From Candidatus Limnocylindria bacterium (GTDB lineage: Bacteria; Chloroflexota; Limnocylindria; QHBO01): 64,000 nt of DNA. Where the stretch lies: the NCBI GenBank assembly GCA_036380955.1, contig DASVDT010000134.1, positions 12,571 through 76,570 of the forward strand. Reading direction: 5' to 3'. Below are positions 55,554-63,973 of the stretch, one piece after another. A program made the position numbers and the translations under genes. The stretch's first letter is position 1, and each line of letters starts with the position of its first letter. Under the pieces are notes generated by a model that had not been told where the DNA came from, did no database searches, and worked only from the letters and a program-made list of their open reading frames with translations.

Positions 55554-55629
55554 TGGAGCGGAAGACGGGACTCGAACCCGCGACCCTCACCTTGGCAAGG
55601 TGATGCTCTACCAACTGAGCCACTTCCGC
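55554..55629 (-). tRNA. tRNA-Gly (anticodon GCC)
   Basis: Acceptor GCGGAAG/CTTCCGC, anticodon loop TTGCCAA, T-arm GCGGG-TTCGAGT-CCCGT and CCA. Confidence 0.92.
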
Positions 55630-55660
55630 CCGCTTGCTGCTGCGAATGATACCGCGTCGG

Positions 55661-55736
55661 TGGTGCCGAGGGTCAGATTCGAACTGACGACACCCGCCTC
55701 TTCAGGGCGGTGCTCTACCAACTGAGCTACCTCGGC
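55661..55736 (-). tRNA. tRNA-Phe (anticodon GAA)
   Basis: Acceptor GCCGAGG/CCTCGGC, D-loop AGCTCAGTTGGTAGAGC, anticodon loop CTGAAGA and CCA. Confidence 0.92.
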
Positions 55737-55817
55737 TCGCGGATCCTCCGGGCGGTCGCAAGGATACCGATGGCGACCTGCGGTCGCAACCGAGCGACGC
55801 CGGCTGCGCCATGGATT

Positions 55818-55964
55818 CTCGTGGGGCGTGAACAACGGACAATGAGTGGCCGAATTCTCGCGGGGCGGTAGCTGTGGCCGGGCAACATCCACGTCTGCCT
55901 GGCCGAAGCTCTCGTGGGGCGAGAAATCAGCCATTGATTGGCCGCTAGTCCCGTGGGGCGAAAA
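55818..55964. repeat. four imperfect direct repeats (unit about TGGCCG-N3-4-TCTCGYGGGGCG) upstream of the tRNA-Phe/Gly/Gln operon
   Basis: Core copies at 55818-55832, 55857-55870, 55911-55925 and 55948-55964. Three are preceded by TGGCCG. Spacing is 39, 54 and 38 nt. Confidence 0.5.
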
Positions 55965-55984
55965 CGCAGGGGCAGCGACCTGCG
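55961..55984 (-). terminator. candidate terminator after htpX
   Basis: On the minus strand, CGCAGG-tcgctgcc-CCTGCG followed by TTTTCG, 4 nt after the htpX stop. Confidence 0.5.
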
Positions 55985-55987
55985 CGG

Positions 55988-56950
55988 TCAGCCGGTGCCC
56001 ATCTGGCCGGCAATCGCCTCCAGGGCGCGGATGCGCTCACCGATCGGTGGATGGGTGTCCCACAACGACTTCGCCCGCTCCTCGAAGCTCTTGATCGGAT
56101 TCACGATGTACAGGTGCTGCGTCGCCCGGTTGGCGACCTCCAGCACCTCTGGGTCGTCGCTGATCGTTCGCAGCGCACGCGCCAGGCCGACCGGGTTGCG
56201 GGTGAGGTCCACGGCGGTCGCATCGGCGAGCGACTCACGGCTGCGGCTGACCGCGGCCTGGACCAGGCGCCCGATGAGCGGCGCAACCACCGCGAGGAGG
56301 ATGGCGATCACGAAGATGACCGCGGCCGCTCCCCCGCCCCCATTGCGGTCGTTGTTCCCTCGCCGGCCGCCGCCCCAGAAGGTGAACCGCAGGAACCAGT
56401 CGGCGAGCAGCGCGATGCTGCCGACCAGCACGCCGACGAGCAGCGTGAAGCGGATGTCCAGGTTCCCGATGTGGCTCATCTCGTGGCCGATCACGCCCTG
56501 CAGCTCCTCACGGTCGAGCTTGTCGAGCAGCCCGGTCGTCACGGCCACGCTGGCGTGCTCCGGATCGCGGCCGGTCGCGAAGGCGTTCGGGGCGGAATCG
56601 TCGATGACCCACAGCCGCGGCGGTGGCAGGCCACCGGCCAGGCGCATCTCCTCGACGACGTTGACCAGCTGCCGATAGCGCTCCGGCGGCTCCCCCCGCG
56701 GGATCTCGCGGGCGCCGCTCGTCGCCATGACCAACGAGTCGCCGGCGAAGTACGAGCCAACGCTCATCGCGCCGCCCAGAAGCAGCGCCATGACGACGCC
56801 GCCCCAGCCGAAGCCGCTGGCGTAGCCGATGGCGCCGCCGAGGACCCCAAGCACGACGATCACGATCGCGACCAGCAGCCAGCTGCGGCGCCGATTGCGA
56901 CCGATCTCGCGATAGAAGGTGGTCGGCGCCGGGCGCGCATCGGCGCTCAT
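55988..56950 (-). CDS. htpX: M48-family zinc metalloprotease HtpX
   Basis: HEMSHIGNLD zinc motif, 4 TM helices and C-terminal NPIKSFEER...THPPIGERI. Confidence 0.92.
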   Translation of the reverse strand: MSADARPAPTTFYREIGRNRRRSWLLVAIVIVVLGVLGGAIGYASGFGWGGVVMALLLGGAMSVGSYFAGDSLVMATSGAREIPRGEPPERYRQLVNVVEEMRLAGGLPPPRLWVIDDSAPNAFATGRDPEHASVAVTTGLLDKLDREELQGVIGHEMSHIGNLDIRFTLLVGVLVGSIALLADWFLRFTFWGGGRRGNNDRNGGGGAAAVIFVIAILLAVVAPLIGRLVQAAVSRSRESLADATAVDLTRNPVGLARALRTISDDPEVLEVANRATQHLYIVNPIKSFEERAKSLWDTHPPIGERIRALEAIAGQMGTG

Positions 56951-56954
56951 CGGC

Positions 56955-57539
56955 TCAGCCAGAGGTGGTGCGGAGGTTCACCTCGGGCACCGCGGTGTCC
57001 GATTCGGCGATCTGGAAGTAGTCGCGCTCGCGGAAGCCGAACATTCCCGCGATGAGGACGTTGGGGAAGGTCTGGATCGACGTGTTGAACTCGCGGACGG
57101 TGCCGTTGTAGTGCTGCCGGCTGAAGCCGATCTGGTTCTCGGTCGTGGTCAGCTCCTCCTGGAGCTGCATCACGTTCTCGTTGGCCTTGAGATCGGGATA
57201 GTTCTCGACCAGCGCGAACAGCTGGCGCAGCGCACCGGTGAGGAAGTTCTCCGCCTGCGCTGTCTGGCCGGCGTTCGCCGGACCCGCCTGCTGTGCAGTC
57301 ACCGCCTGGTTCCGAGCCTCGATGACGCGGGTCAGCGTCTCCTGCTCGAAGTCCATGTAGCCCTTGACCGCATTGACGAGGTTCGGGATCAGGTCGTGGC
57401 GGCGCTTCAGCTGCACGCTGATCTGGTTCCACGCCTCGTCGACCATGTTCCGCAGGCGGACGAGCCCGTTGTAGGTGAAGACCAGGAACAGGACGATCAG
57501 TGCGATCGCCGCGATGACGATCCAGCCCCAGAGTGGCAT
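56955..57539 (-). CDS. lemA: LemA family protein
   Basis: N-terminal TM helix followed by YNGLVRLRN...VKGYMDFEQETL...ENYPDLKAN, the typical LemA sequence. Confidence 0.92.
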   Translation of the reverse strand: MPLWGWIVIAAIALIVLFLVFTYNGLVRLRNMVDEAWNQISVQLKRRHDLIPNLVNAVKGYMDFEQETLTRVIEARNQAVTAQQAGPANAGQTAQAENFLTGALRQLFALVENYPDLKANENVMQLQEELTTTENQIGFSRQHYNGTVREFNTSIQTFPNVLIAGMFGFRERDYFQIAESDTAVPEVNLRTTSG

Positions 57540-57594
57540 CGGGTAGCTCCTCGTGCTCGGGCGTTGGTTGTCGAATCGTAACAGGCGCCTGTGA

Positions 57595-57900
57595 TCACCG
57601 GTCGGGCGGCGGCAGCTCCCTGAGCTGGATGATCAGCTCGACGTCGACCGTGTCGCCCAGTGCAAGGTCCTCGGCCATGCGGACCGCGTCCTTGAGCGGG
57701 AGCAGGTATCGGCCGTTCCTCGGAAACAGGGAGGTCGTCCAGGCGGTCTCACCGATGCGGACACTGACCGGAATCGCGCCCCACCCGTAGGTGACGAGGC
57801 TGGCCACGTCCTCGATCTCCCGGCTTTCCGTCTCCGGAACCTCGACGAAGTGGAATGGCGACGGGCCTCGCCAGGGGATGATCGGCCCGCGGAACGCCAT
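57595..57900 (-). CDS. DUF1905 domain protein
   Basis: 101 aa. The WRGPSPFHFVEVP...IPVSVRIGETAWTTSLFPRNGRYLLPLK pattern is typical of DUF1905. Confidence 0.8.
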   Translation of the reverse strand: MAFRGPIIPWRGPSPFHFVEVPETESREIEDVASLVTYGWGAIPVSVRIGETAWTTSLFPRNGRYLLPLKDAVRMAEDLALGDTVDVELIIQLRELPPPDR

Positions 57901-57942
57901 CTCGATCCTCGGCAGGTCGTCGAAGGGCGGCTCCAGGACGCC

Positions 57943-58101
57943 CTACCCTTCGTGATTGCGATGCTCGTGCCGGATCGCCAGCCGGACGGCGAGGTAGGTG
58001 ACGCCGAAGATCACCAGCAGCGGCAGGAGCAGGGTGAGAATCAGGACGCCGATCTCGAACACCGGCGCGTTGGACACGACCTCCATCTCGACCTCTTCCA
58101 T
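57943..58101 (-). CDS. small single-pass membrane protein (52 aa, absent from the ORF track)
   Basis: My translation is MEEVEMEVVSNAPVFEIGVLILTLLLPLLVIFGVTYLAVRLAIRHEHRNHEG. Strong GC3 bias in this frame. 42 nt upstream of the DUF1905 gene. No clear Shine-Dalgarno. Confidence 0.4.
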   Translation of the reverse strand: MEEVEMEVVSNAPVFEIGVLILTLLLPLLVIFGVTYLAVRLAIRHEHRNHEG

Positions 58102-58195
58102 GGACGAAGCTGCTCGCCAATCTTGTCGAGTGTGCCGTGGGCTGGCAAGGGCTGAGCGGCCCTGCTTTCAGCCTGGGCCGAGGCTGCGGGCTTGA

Positions 58196-58606
58196 ATGAG
58201 CAACGACAATGAGAGCGTGTCACTGATCCTCTACGTGGATCGCTCAACGATCCGTCCGGGCCAGGCCGTCGCCCTGGAATCCGCGGCCCAAGCGCTGGCG
58301 CAGACCGTGCGGGCCGGGCCGTCGCGAGCATTCTGGTATGCGATCCACTTCAGCGAGGACCGGTCGACGATGACGGTCACGCACCTGCATCCCGACAGCG
58401 ACTCGCTCGAGGACCTCATGGACCTGATCGCGCCGAAGCTGGCACCCTTCCGTGATCTGCTTGAGCTACAGGCGATCGACGTGTACGGCGAACCGGCGGC
58501 GGCCGTGGTCGACAAGCTGATGCAGAAGACCCGGCTGCTCGGGGGGACGATTCGCGTGCACCGGCGCGTTGCGGACGTGACCGCGATGGCGGACGAAGCC
58601 GAGTGA
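58196..58606 (+). CDS. hypothetical protein (possibly ferredoxin-like ABM/Dabb fold)
   Basis: 136-aa ORF with coding-like GC3. No motif I can name with confidence. Confidence 0.5.
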   Translation: MSNDNESVSLILYVDRSTIRPGQAVALESAAQALAQTVRAGPSRAFWYAIHFSEDRSTMTVTHLHPDSDSLEDLMDLIAPKLAPFRDLLELQAIDVYGEPAAAVVDKLMQKTRLLGGTIRVHRRVADVTAMADEAE

Positions 58607-58617
58607 CCGGTGCATCG

Positions 58618-58694
58618 TGGTGGGCGGTACAGGACTCGAACCTGTGACTTCCTCGGTGTAAACGAGGCGCTCTGACCAGCTGAGCTAACCGCCC
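58618..58694 (-). tRNA. tRNA-Val (anticodon TAC)
   Basis: Acceptor GGGCGGT/ACCGCCC, anticodon loop TTTACAC, T-arm ACAGG-TTCGAGT-CCTGT and CCA. Confidence 0.92.
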
Positions 58695-58969
58695 GGCCAG
58701 CATCGTACCTCACCGCCCGCACCCGGACGCCTCTTGGAACCAGGTGTCGCCGATGCGGACCCCAGGCGCGTCACCGGGACGTTGGAGGCACCCAGGCACT
58801 CCCGTCGAGCGTCGGATCGGCGTGCTCCTGACGTCACGACGCCGTCGTGGTTGCCCACGGACCGCCAGCGCGACATGTGGCGCTGCGCGCAGCGCCGCGG
58901 AACCTACCGTCTCCGACGGCGACGCTCGGCACCGAAAGGCGCCATCCGGCAGAGCAACGCGGAGACGCG

Positions 58970-59002
58970 AAAACGCCGCTCGCGCGTCTCGCGCGAGCGG
59001 CG
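58970..59002 (-). terminator. strong rho-independent terminator after the tRNA-Leu pair
   Basis: On the minus strand, CGCCGCTCGCGCG-AGA-CGCGCGAGCGGCG (13-bp perfect stem) followed by TTTT, 25 nt downstream of tRNA-Leu(GAG). Confidence 0.7.
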
Positions 59003-59026
59003 CATCGGTCCGTCTCACACATGAAT

Positions 59027-59111
59027 TGGTGCCCAGGCCGGGACTTGAACCCGGATGGGTTTCCCCATACGCCCCTCAAACGTACGCGTATACCAATTCC
59101 GCCACCTGGGC
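59027..59111 (-). tRNA. tRNA-Leu (anticodon GAG)
   Basis: Acceptor GCCCAGG/CCTGGGC, anticodon loop TTGAGGG, long variable arm, TTCAAGT T-loop and CCA. Confidence 0.9.
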
Positions 59112-59124
59112 CCGAGGGTGAAGC

Positions 59125-59211
59125 TGGTACCGAGGGAGGGACTTGAACCCACACGACCTTGCGGTCACATGGTCCTGAACCATGCGCGTCTGCCTATTCC
59201 GCCACCTCGGC
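59125..59211 (-). tRNA. tRNA-Leu (anticodon CAG)
   Basis: Acceptor GCCGAGG/CCTCGGT (G1-U72), anticodon stem CATGG/CCATG with loop TTCAGGA, long variable arm and CCA. Confidence 0.88.
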
Positions 59212-59269
59212 ACGCGCGCACCCGGACGGGGTCCGCGTGCGCGGCCGGAATGATAGCACAGCGTCCCGA

Positions 59270-59494
59270 TCAGACGGTCCGGGGCAGCAGGTTGAGCAGG
59301 CTGAAGGCGACGAAGAGGGTCGCGAGGACGATCGTGAGGCGGAACAGCGTGCGCTCGATGCCGCGACGGCTGCGGTAGGCGGTCACCTCGCCGCCGAACG
59401 CACCGCCCAGGCCGGTTCCGCGCTGCTGCAGCAGGATGGCCGCCATCAGCGCGATGGCGAGGATCATCTGGGCGAGAAGGAGGGGGGTCTGCAT
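59270..59494 (-). CDS. secG: preprotein translocase subunit SecG
   Basis: 74 aa with two TM helices separated by the Gly-rich LLQQRGTGLGGAFGG loop. Confidence 0.9.
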   Translation of the reverse strand: MQTPLLLAQMILAIALMAAILLQQRGTGLGGAFGGEVTAYRSRRGIERTLFRLTIVLATLFVAFSLLNLLPRTV

Positions 59495-59506
59495 TGCCCC
59501 GGCAGT

Positions 59507-61024
59507 CTACTCGATGAGGCTGCGGCCGGTCATCTGCGGGCCGGGCGGGATGCCGAGCAGCCGGCAGAGCGTCGGCGCCACGTCCGAGAGCTCGCCGTCG
59601 CGCAGTCGCGCGTCGGCGAGCCGCTCGCTGACGAGGACGAGCGGGACCGGCGAGGTGGTGTGCTTCGTCTGGGGCCGCCCCTGCGGATCCCGCATCTCCT
59701 CGATGTTGCCGTGGTCGGCGGTGATGACGAGATCCGCGCCGACCCCGAGCGCCGACCGCACCACGCGTCCGAGGCAGGCATCCACGAAATCGGCGGCCGC
59801 GACGGCGGCCGACCAGACGCCGGTGTGGCCGACCATGTCCGGATTGGCGTAGTTGGCGACGATGAACGCGTGCTCGCGGCGCTCGATGGCCTCGACGAGA
59901 TGGTCCGTGATCGGTCCTGCGCTCATCTCCGGCGCCTGGTCGTAGGTGGCGACCTCGCGATTCGAGGGCACCAGGATCCGATCCTCGCCATCGAACGGCT
60001 CCTCCACACCGCCGTTGAAGAAGTACGTCACGTGCGCGTACTTCTCCGTCTCGGCGATGTGGAGCTGCCGCATCCCGCGGCGAGAGAGCTCCGCCGCCAG
60101 GGAGTCGATCACCAGCGGCGGGAACGCGACGGGCACCGGCAGTTCGTCGGGCGCCTGGTATTCCGTCAGCGTCGCGACGGCGAGCGGCTCGGGCCGCTCG
60201 CCGCGGTCGAAGCCGTCGAAGTCGTCGAGCGCCAGCGCCCGCGTCAGCTGGCGGGCGCGATCGGCCCGGAAGTTGAGGTGGATGGCTGCGTCGCCGGCGG
60301 CCATCGGACGGGCTGCGTCGAGCACGGTCGGTGTGATGAACTCGTCGCTCTCGTCGCGTTCGGAGGCGGCCGCGATCGCATCCGCCACGCTCGAGGCACG
60401 CCTCCCGTTGCCGTGGACGATCGCGTCGTATGCCAGTCGGGTGCGGTCCCAGCGTCGGTCGCGATCCATGGCGTAGTAGCGACCGCTGACCGTTGCCACG
60501 CGCGCGTGACCGTCGAAGTGAGCTTCGAGCGCGGGCAGGTACGAATCGGCGGATCGCGGCGGCGTGTCGCGGCCGTCGGTGAAGGCATGGAAGAGGATGC
60601 GCTCCGGAGGCAGGCCCGACCGATGCGCCAGCGCGACCATGGCGATGATGTGCTCATCGACGGCGTGGATCCCGCCCGGCCCGACGAGCCCCATGAGATG
60701 CAGCGTCGTCCCGCGATCCGCGACGCCGGCGACCGCGTCGCACAGCACGGCGTTGTCGAAGAAGCTGCCGTCGGCGATGGCGGCCGAGATGCGCGGCAGG
60801 TCCTGGAGGACGCGGAATCCGGCACCGAGGTTGAGGTGGCCGACCTCGCTGTTGCCCATCTGCCCGGGCGGCAGTCCGACGGCCTCGCCGGATGCCTGAA
60901 GCCGGCAGTGCGGGTACTCGGCGAGAAGCCGATGCCAGTTCCACATCGAGGCGCTCAGCAGGGCATTGCGGGACGGATCGTCGTTGAGGCCGAAGCCATC
61001 GAGCACCACCAGGACGACCGTCAC
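59507..61024 (-). CDS. gpmI: 2,3-bisphosphoglycerate-independent phosphoglycerate mutase
   Basis: 505 aa. The N-terminal VVLDGFG, catalytic-Ser region MGNSEVGH, and the C-terminal ADHGN motif are typical of iPGM. Confidence 0.95.
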   Translation of the reverse strand: MTVVLVVLDGFGLNDDPSRNALLSASMWNWHRLLAEYPHCRLQASGEAVGLPPGQMGNSEVGHLNLGAGFRVLQDLPRISAAIADGSFFDNAVLCDAVAGVADRGTTLHLMGLVGPGGIHAVDEHIIAMVALAHRSGLPPERILFHAFTDGRDTPPRSADSYLPALEAHFDGHARVATVSGRYYAMDRDRRWDRTRLAYDAIVHGNGRRASSVADAIAAASERDESDEFITPTVLDAARPMAAGDAAIHLNFRADRARQLTRALALDDFDGFDRGERPEPLAVATLTEYQAPDELPVPVAFPPLVIDSLAAELSRRGMRQLHIAETEKYAHVTYFFNGGVEEPFDGEDRILVPSNREVATYDQAPEMSAGPITDHLVEAIERREHAFIVANYANPDMVGHTGVWSAAVAAADFVDACLGRVVRSALGVGADLVITADHGNIEEMRDPQGRPQTKHTTSPVPLVLVSERLADARLRDGELSDVAPTLCRLLGIPPGPQMTGRSLIE

Positions 61025-61794
61025 GCGGCGTCTCCGCCGGTTGTCGCCTGGCCTGCCCGCAGGATGGCCGCGAAGGTTTCTGGCTTGAGCGACGCCCCAC
61101 CCACGAGGGCGCCGTCGATATCGCGCTGGCGGAAGAACTCGAGCGCGTTCGCATCGGTCACGCTGCCGCCGTACTGGATCGGGACCTCGTCGGCGGCATC
61201 GGCGTCGAGCTCTCGCAGGATCGCGCGGATCTGTGACGCCACGGCCTGCGCATCGGCGGGCGACGCCGCGTCTCCGGTGCCGATCGCCCAGACCGGCTCG
61301 TAGGCGACCACCAGCCCACTGCCGCCGATGCGATCGAGTCCCGCCAGCGCGGCCCGCACCTGTCGGTCGATGACGGCCTCCGTCTCTCCGGCCCGACGCT
61401 CCTCGGCCCGCTCCCCCACCGCCGCGATCGGTCGCAGGCCGTGCGCGACGGCGCTCGCGACCTTGCGGCCCACGCCCTCATCGGTCTCGCCGTCGTACTG
61501 GCGGCGCTCGGAGTGCCCGAGGATGACGAAATTCGCCAGGCCGGCCAGCATGAGCGGGCTCGTCTCGCCGGTGAAGGCGCCGCGCTCCTCGAAGTGCATG
61601 GTCTGGGCGCCAAGTGCGACCGCGCCGGTGGCCACGCGCGCCACCTCGGCCAGCCAAATGGTCGGCGGGCAGATCACCGTCGTCACGTCGGGCGCGGCGA
61701 CCGCGGCGACCTCGACCGTGGCGGCAAGCGAGAGCGCCTCGTCGAGGCTCGGCGGGTTCATCTTCCAGTTGCCGGCGATCACCGGACGGCGCAT
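61021..61794 (-). CDS. tpiA: triosephosphate isomerase
   Basis: AGNWKMN, ILGHSERR, YEPVWAIGTG and VGGASL motifs. ATG 61794 shares 1 nt with the whiA stop. The 442-aa track ORF is over-extended. Confidence 0.95.
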   Translation of the reverse strand: MRRPVIAGNWKMNPPSLDEALSLAATVEVAAVAAPDVTTVICPPTIWLAEVARVATGAVALGAQTMHFEERGAFTGETSPLMLAGLANFVILGHSERRQYDGETDEGVGRKVASAVAHGLRPIAAVGERAEERRAGETEAVIDRQVRAALAGLDRIGGSGLVVAYEPVWAIGTGDAASPADAQAVASQIRAILRELDADAADEVPIQYGGSVTDANALEFFRQRDIDGALVGGASLKPETFAAILRAGQATTGGDAA

Positions 61795-62642
61795 CAATCC
61801 TCCTTGTCCACGGCGAGCTCGACGAGCCGGCGAAGCCGATGGTTGACGGCGGAGCGGCTCAGCCCGATCGCTGCGGCAAGGGTATCCAGATCTGCGTCGG
61901 GCATCTGGCGGCGGATGATGGCCATCTCCCGCAGGCCCGGTGATAGCCGTCCCAGGCCGCCCTCGGCCTCCAGTCGCGTGATGGCCGACAGCTGCCGGTC
62001 GGCCGCACGGACCGTCCGCGCCAGGTTTGCCTCCTCGGCGTTGATGAGCCGGTTGAGGCGCGCCTGCACGTCGCGCCCGACGCGGTAGGTCTCGAGCTCC
62101 AGCACGCCGCGGTTCGCGCCGACCAGCCGCAGCAACGCGGCGATCTCCTCCTGGCCCTTGAGGTACACGACGTGCCGGCCGCGACGCTCGACGCGAAGGG
62201 CACGCACGTCGACGGTGGCCAGCAGGTCCTGGAGCTCGATCGCTGCCGACGCATCGGCCAGCACGATCTCCACGTGCGGCCCGGAGGCCGTGAACGAGAT
62301 GGAGCCGCTGCCGAGCAGCACGCCGCGCAGGAAGGCCCGCCGATCGCACGACGGCGCCTCATCCCACGACCAGGCACCGAGCGCTGCCCGGTCCAGCTCG
62401 ACGACGAGATGGCGGCGCCCGGTGGCCCGCCCTCGCTCCGCCGCCATGGGGCGTGGCGGCTCCACCGGCATGCCGAGGCCAGACGCGAGGTGCACCGCCG
62501 TCCGTGCGATCGCGTGATCGAGCGTCCGCAGCACGCCACTCCGCGACCCGTGCAGCAACCCGATGAGCTCCGCTCGTCGATCGCACGCTCGCGCCGGCTG
62601 GATGCGCGCGAGCTCCCCCTTGACCTCGCCTGCCAGGAGCAC
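61794..62642 (-). CDS. whiA: DNA-binding cell-division/sporulation regulator WhiA
   Basis: N-terminal EVKGELARI...CDRRAELIGLL degenerate LAGLIDADG scaffold and C-terminal HTH (LSRSAVNHRLRRL). Conserved position after yvcK. Confidence 0.9.
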   Translation of the reverse strand: MLLAGEVKGELARIQPARACDRRAELIGLLHGSRSGVLRTLDHAIARTAVHLASGLGMPVEPPRPMAAERGRATGRRHLVVELDRAALGAWSWDEAPSCDRRAFLRGVLLGSGSISFTASGPHVEIVLADASAAIELQDLLATVDVRALRVERRGRHVVYLKGQEEIAALLRLVGANRGVLELETYRVGRDVQARLNRLINAEEANLARTVRAADRQLSAITRLEAEGGLGRLSPGLREMAIIRRQMPDADLDTLAAAIGLSRSAVNHRLRRLVELAVDKED

Positions 62643-62650
62643 CGCGCTGG

Positions 62651-63973
62651 TCAGGAGGCGTGGGCCGCCGGGCGGCGGACCCGGCGCTGGCGCGGACGGT
62701 CGACCCGATCCTCCTGCTGGAGCCGCATGAGGGCCGTGGCCAGCTTCGCCGGATCGTGGCGGTGAGCGTTCGACGGATCGATCACGTCCTCCTCGACGAT
62801 GACCACCGGCAGCTCCTCCAGGCGTCGGGCGTCGACCTCGACCGGCTCGGCCCGCCAGCCGACCGGGCGGCGGGCATCGGTGCTGTGGTTGACGATGACG
62901 TAGTCGATGAGGTCGTCGCCCACGTGGTCGAACAGGGCACGGAGGTGCTCGGAGGCGCTCATCTTCTCGGTCTCGCCCGGCTGCGTGGCGACGTTGCAGA
63001 CGTAGACCTTCAGACCTGGCGCTGCGGCGAGCGCGTCGCGCACGTCGCTGATGAGCAGGTTCGGCAGGATGCTGCTGAACAGGCTGCCCGGGCCGATGAC
63101 GATCATCTCCGCCTCCAGGATCCGCTCGAGCGCCTCGCCGTTGGCGCGCACGTCGGCCGGCTCGATGAAGACGCGCTCGATCGGCTCATCGGCGTTGGAG
63201 ATGCCGACCTGGCCATAGAGATGCCGGCCCGAGGCGAGCTGCGCCGAGAGGTTGAGCGGCACGCTGGTGGCGGGCAGCACCTGGCCACGCACGGCGAGGA
63301 CGCGGTTGGATTCGCGCACCGCCTCCTCGAAGTCGCCGGTCACGGCGGTCATGGCCGCGATGAAGAGATTGCCGAACGCGTGGTTGTCGAGCCCCGAGCC
63401 GGGCGGGAAGCGGTACTGCATCAGCTGCGTCATCAGCGGCTCGGCATCGGCCAGGGCAGCGATGCAGTTGCGGATGTCGCCCGGCGGGACGATCCCGAGC
63501 TGTTGGCGGAGCTGTCCGCTGCTGCCGCCATCGTCGGCGACCGCGACGACCGCGGTGATGTTGCCGCTGTAGCCCTTGAGGCCGCGCAGCAGGGTCGACA
63601 GGCCGGTGCCGCCGCCGATGGCCACGATCCGCGGGCCGCGCGCGAGGTAGCGCTTGGTGTAGAGGACCTCCATCACGCTGTCGCCGCGCGCGATGAACGG
63701 CGAGACGACCGAACGCATGAGGCCCCACATCCCGACCGCCGTGAGGATGATCCCGATGGCTGCCACGAGGCCCGCGCGGATCTGCGGCTCGAGCCACGCG
63801 CCGGTGAGCCAGAAGACGATCGGGATCTCGTCCGCCGCGTTCGTCCGATACAGGTCGCGGATGAAGATGGCCGCGCCGAGACCCAGGATGGCGATACCAA
63901 CGAAGAGGAGGAGCAGCCATCGCTTGAGATGCATCCCCGGGTAGAGCCAGCGCGGCAGTCGTGGTCGCTTCAT
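62651..63973 (-). CDS. yvcK: YvcK/CofD-like gluconeogenesis-morphogenesis factor with N-terminal membrane anchor
   Basis: IVAIGGGTGLSTLLRGLK and VVAVADDGGSSG motifs. The first 95 or so residues contain 2-3 hydrophobic helices. Confidence 0.9.
   Translation of the reverse strand: MKRPRLPRWLYPGMHLKRWLLLLFVGIAILGLGAAIFIRDLYRTNAADEIPIVFWLTGAWLEPQIRAGLVAAIGIILTAVGMWGLMRSVVSPFIARGDSVMEVLYTKRYLARGPRIVAIGGGTGLSTLLRGLKGYSGNITAVVAVADDGGSSGQLRQQLGIVPPGDIRNCIAALADAEPLMTQLMQYRFPPGSGLDNHAFGNLFIAAMTAVTGDFEEAVRESNRVLAVRGQVLPATSVPLNLSAQLASGRHLYGQVGISNADEPIERVFIEPADVRANGEALERILEAEMIVIGPGSLFSSILPNLLISDVRDALAAAPGLKVYVCNVATQPGETEKMSASEHLRALFDHVGDDLIDYVIVNHSTDARRPVGWRAEPVEVDARRLEELPVVIVEEDVIDPSNAHRHDPAKLATALMRLQQEDRVDRPRQRRVRRPAAHAS

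Noticed and set aside
55818-55964. Could the four repeats be a CRISPR array?
   Set aside because: The repeat cores are only about 15-25 nt and imperfect. The spacers are 15-29 nt and irregular. There are only four copies, and no cas genes lie in the window.
58695-58969. Possible small gene or ncRNA between tRNA-Val and the tRNA-Leu terminator
   Set aside because: Several overlapping 60-125-aa ORFs on both strands are all Arg/Pro-rich, and I could see no structured-RNA motif. This is most likely the promoter and spacer region for tRNA-Val.
59159-61303. 714-aa plus-strand ORF over secG, gpmI and tpiA
   Set aside because: It is antisense to motif-verified genes and runs through two tRNA genes.
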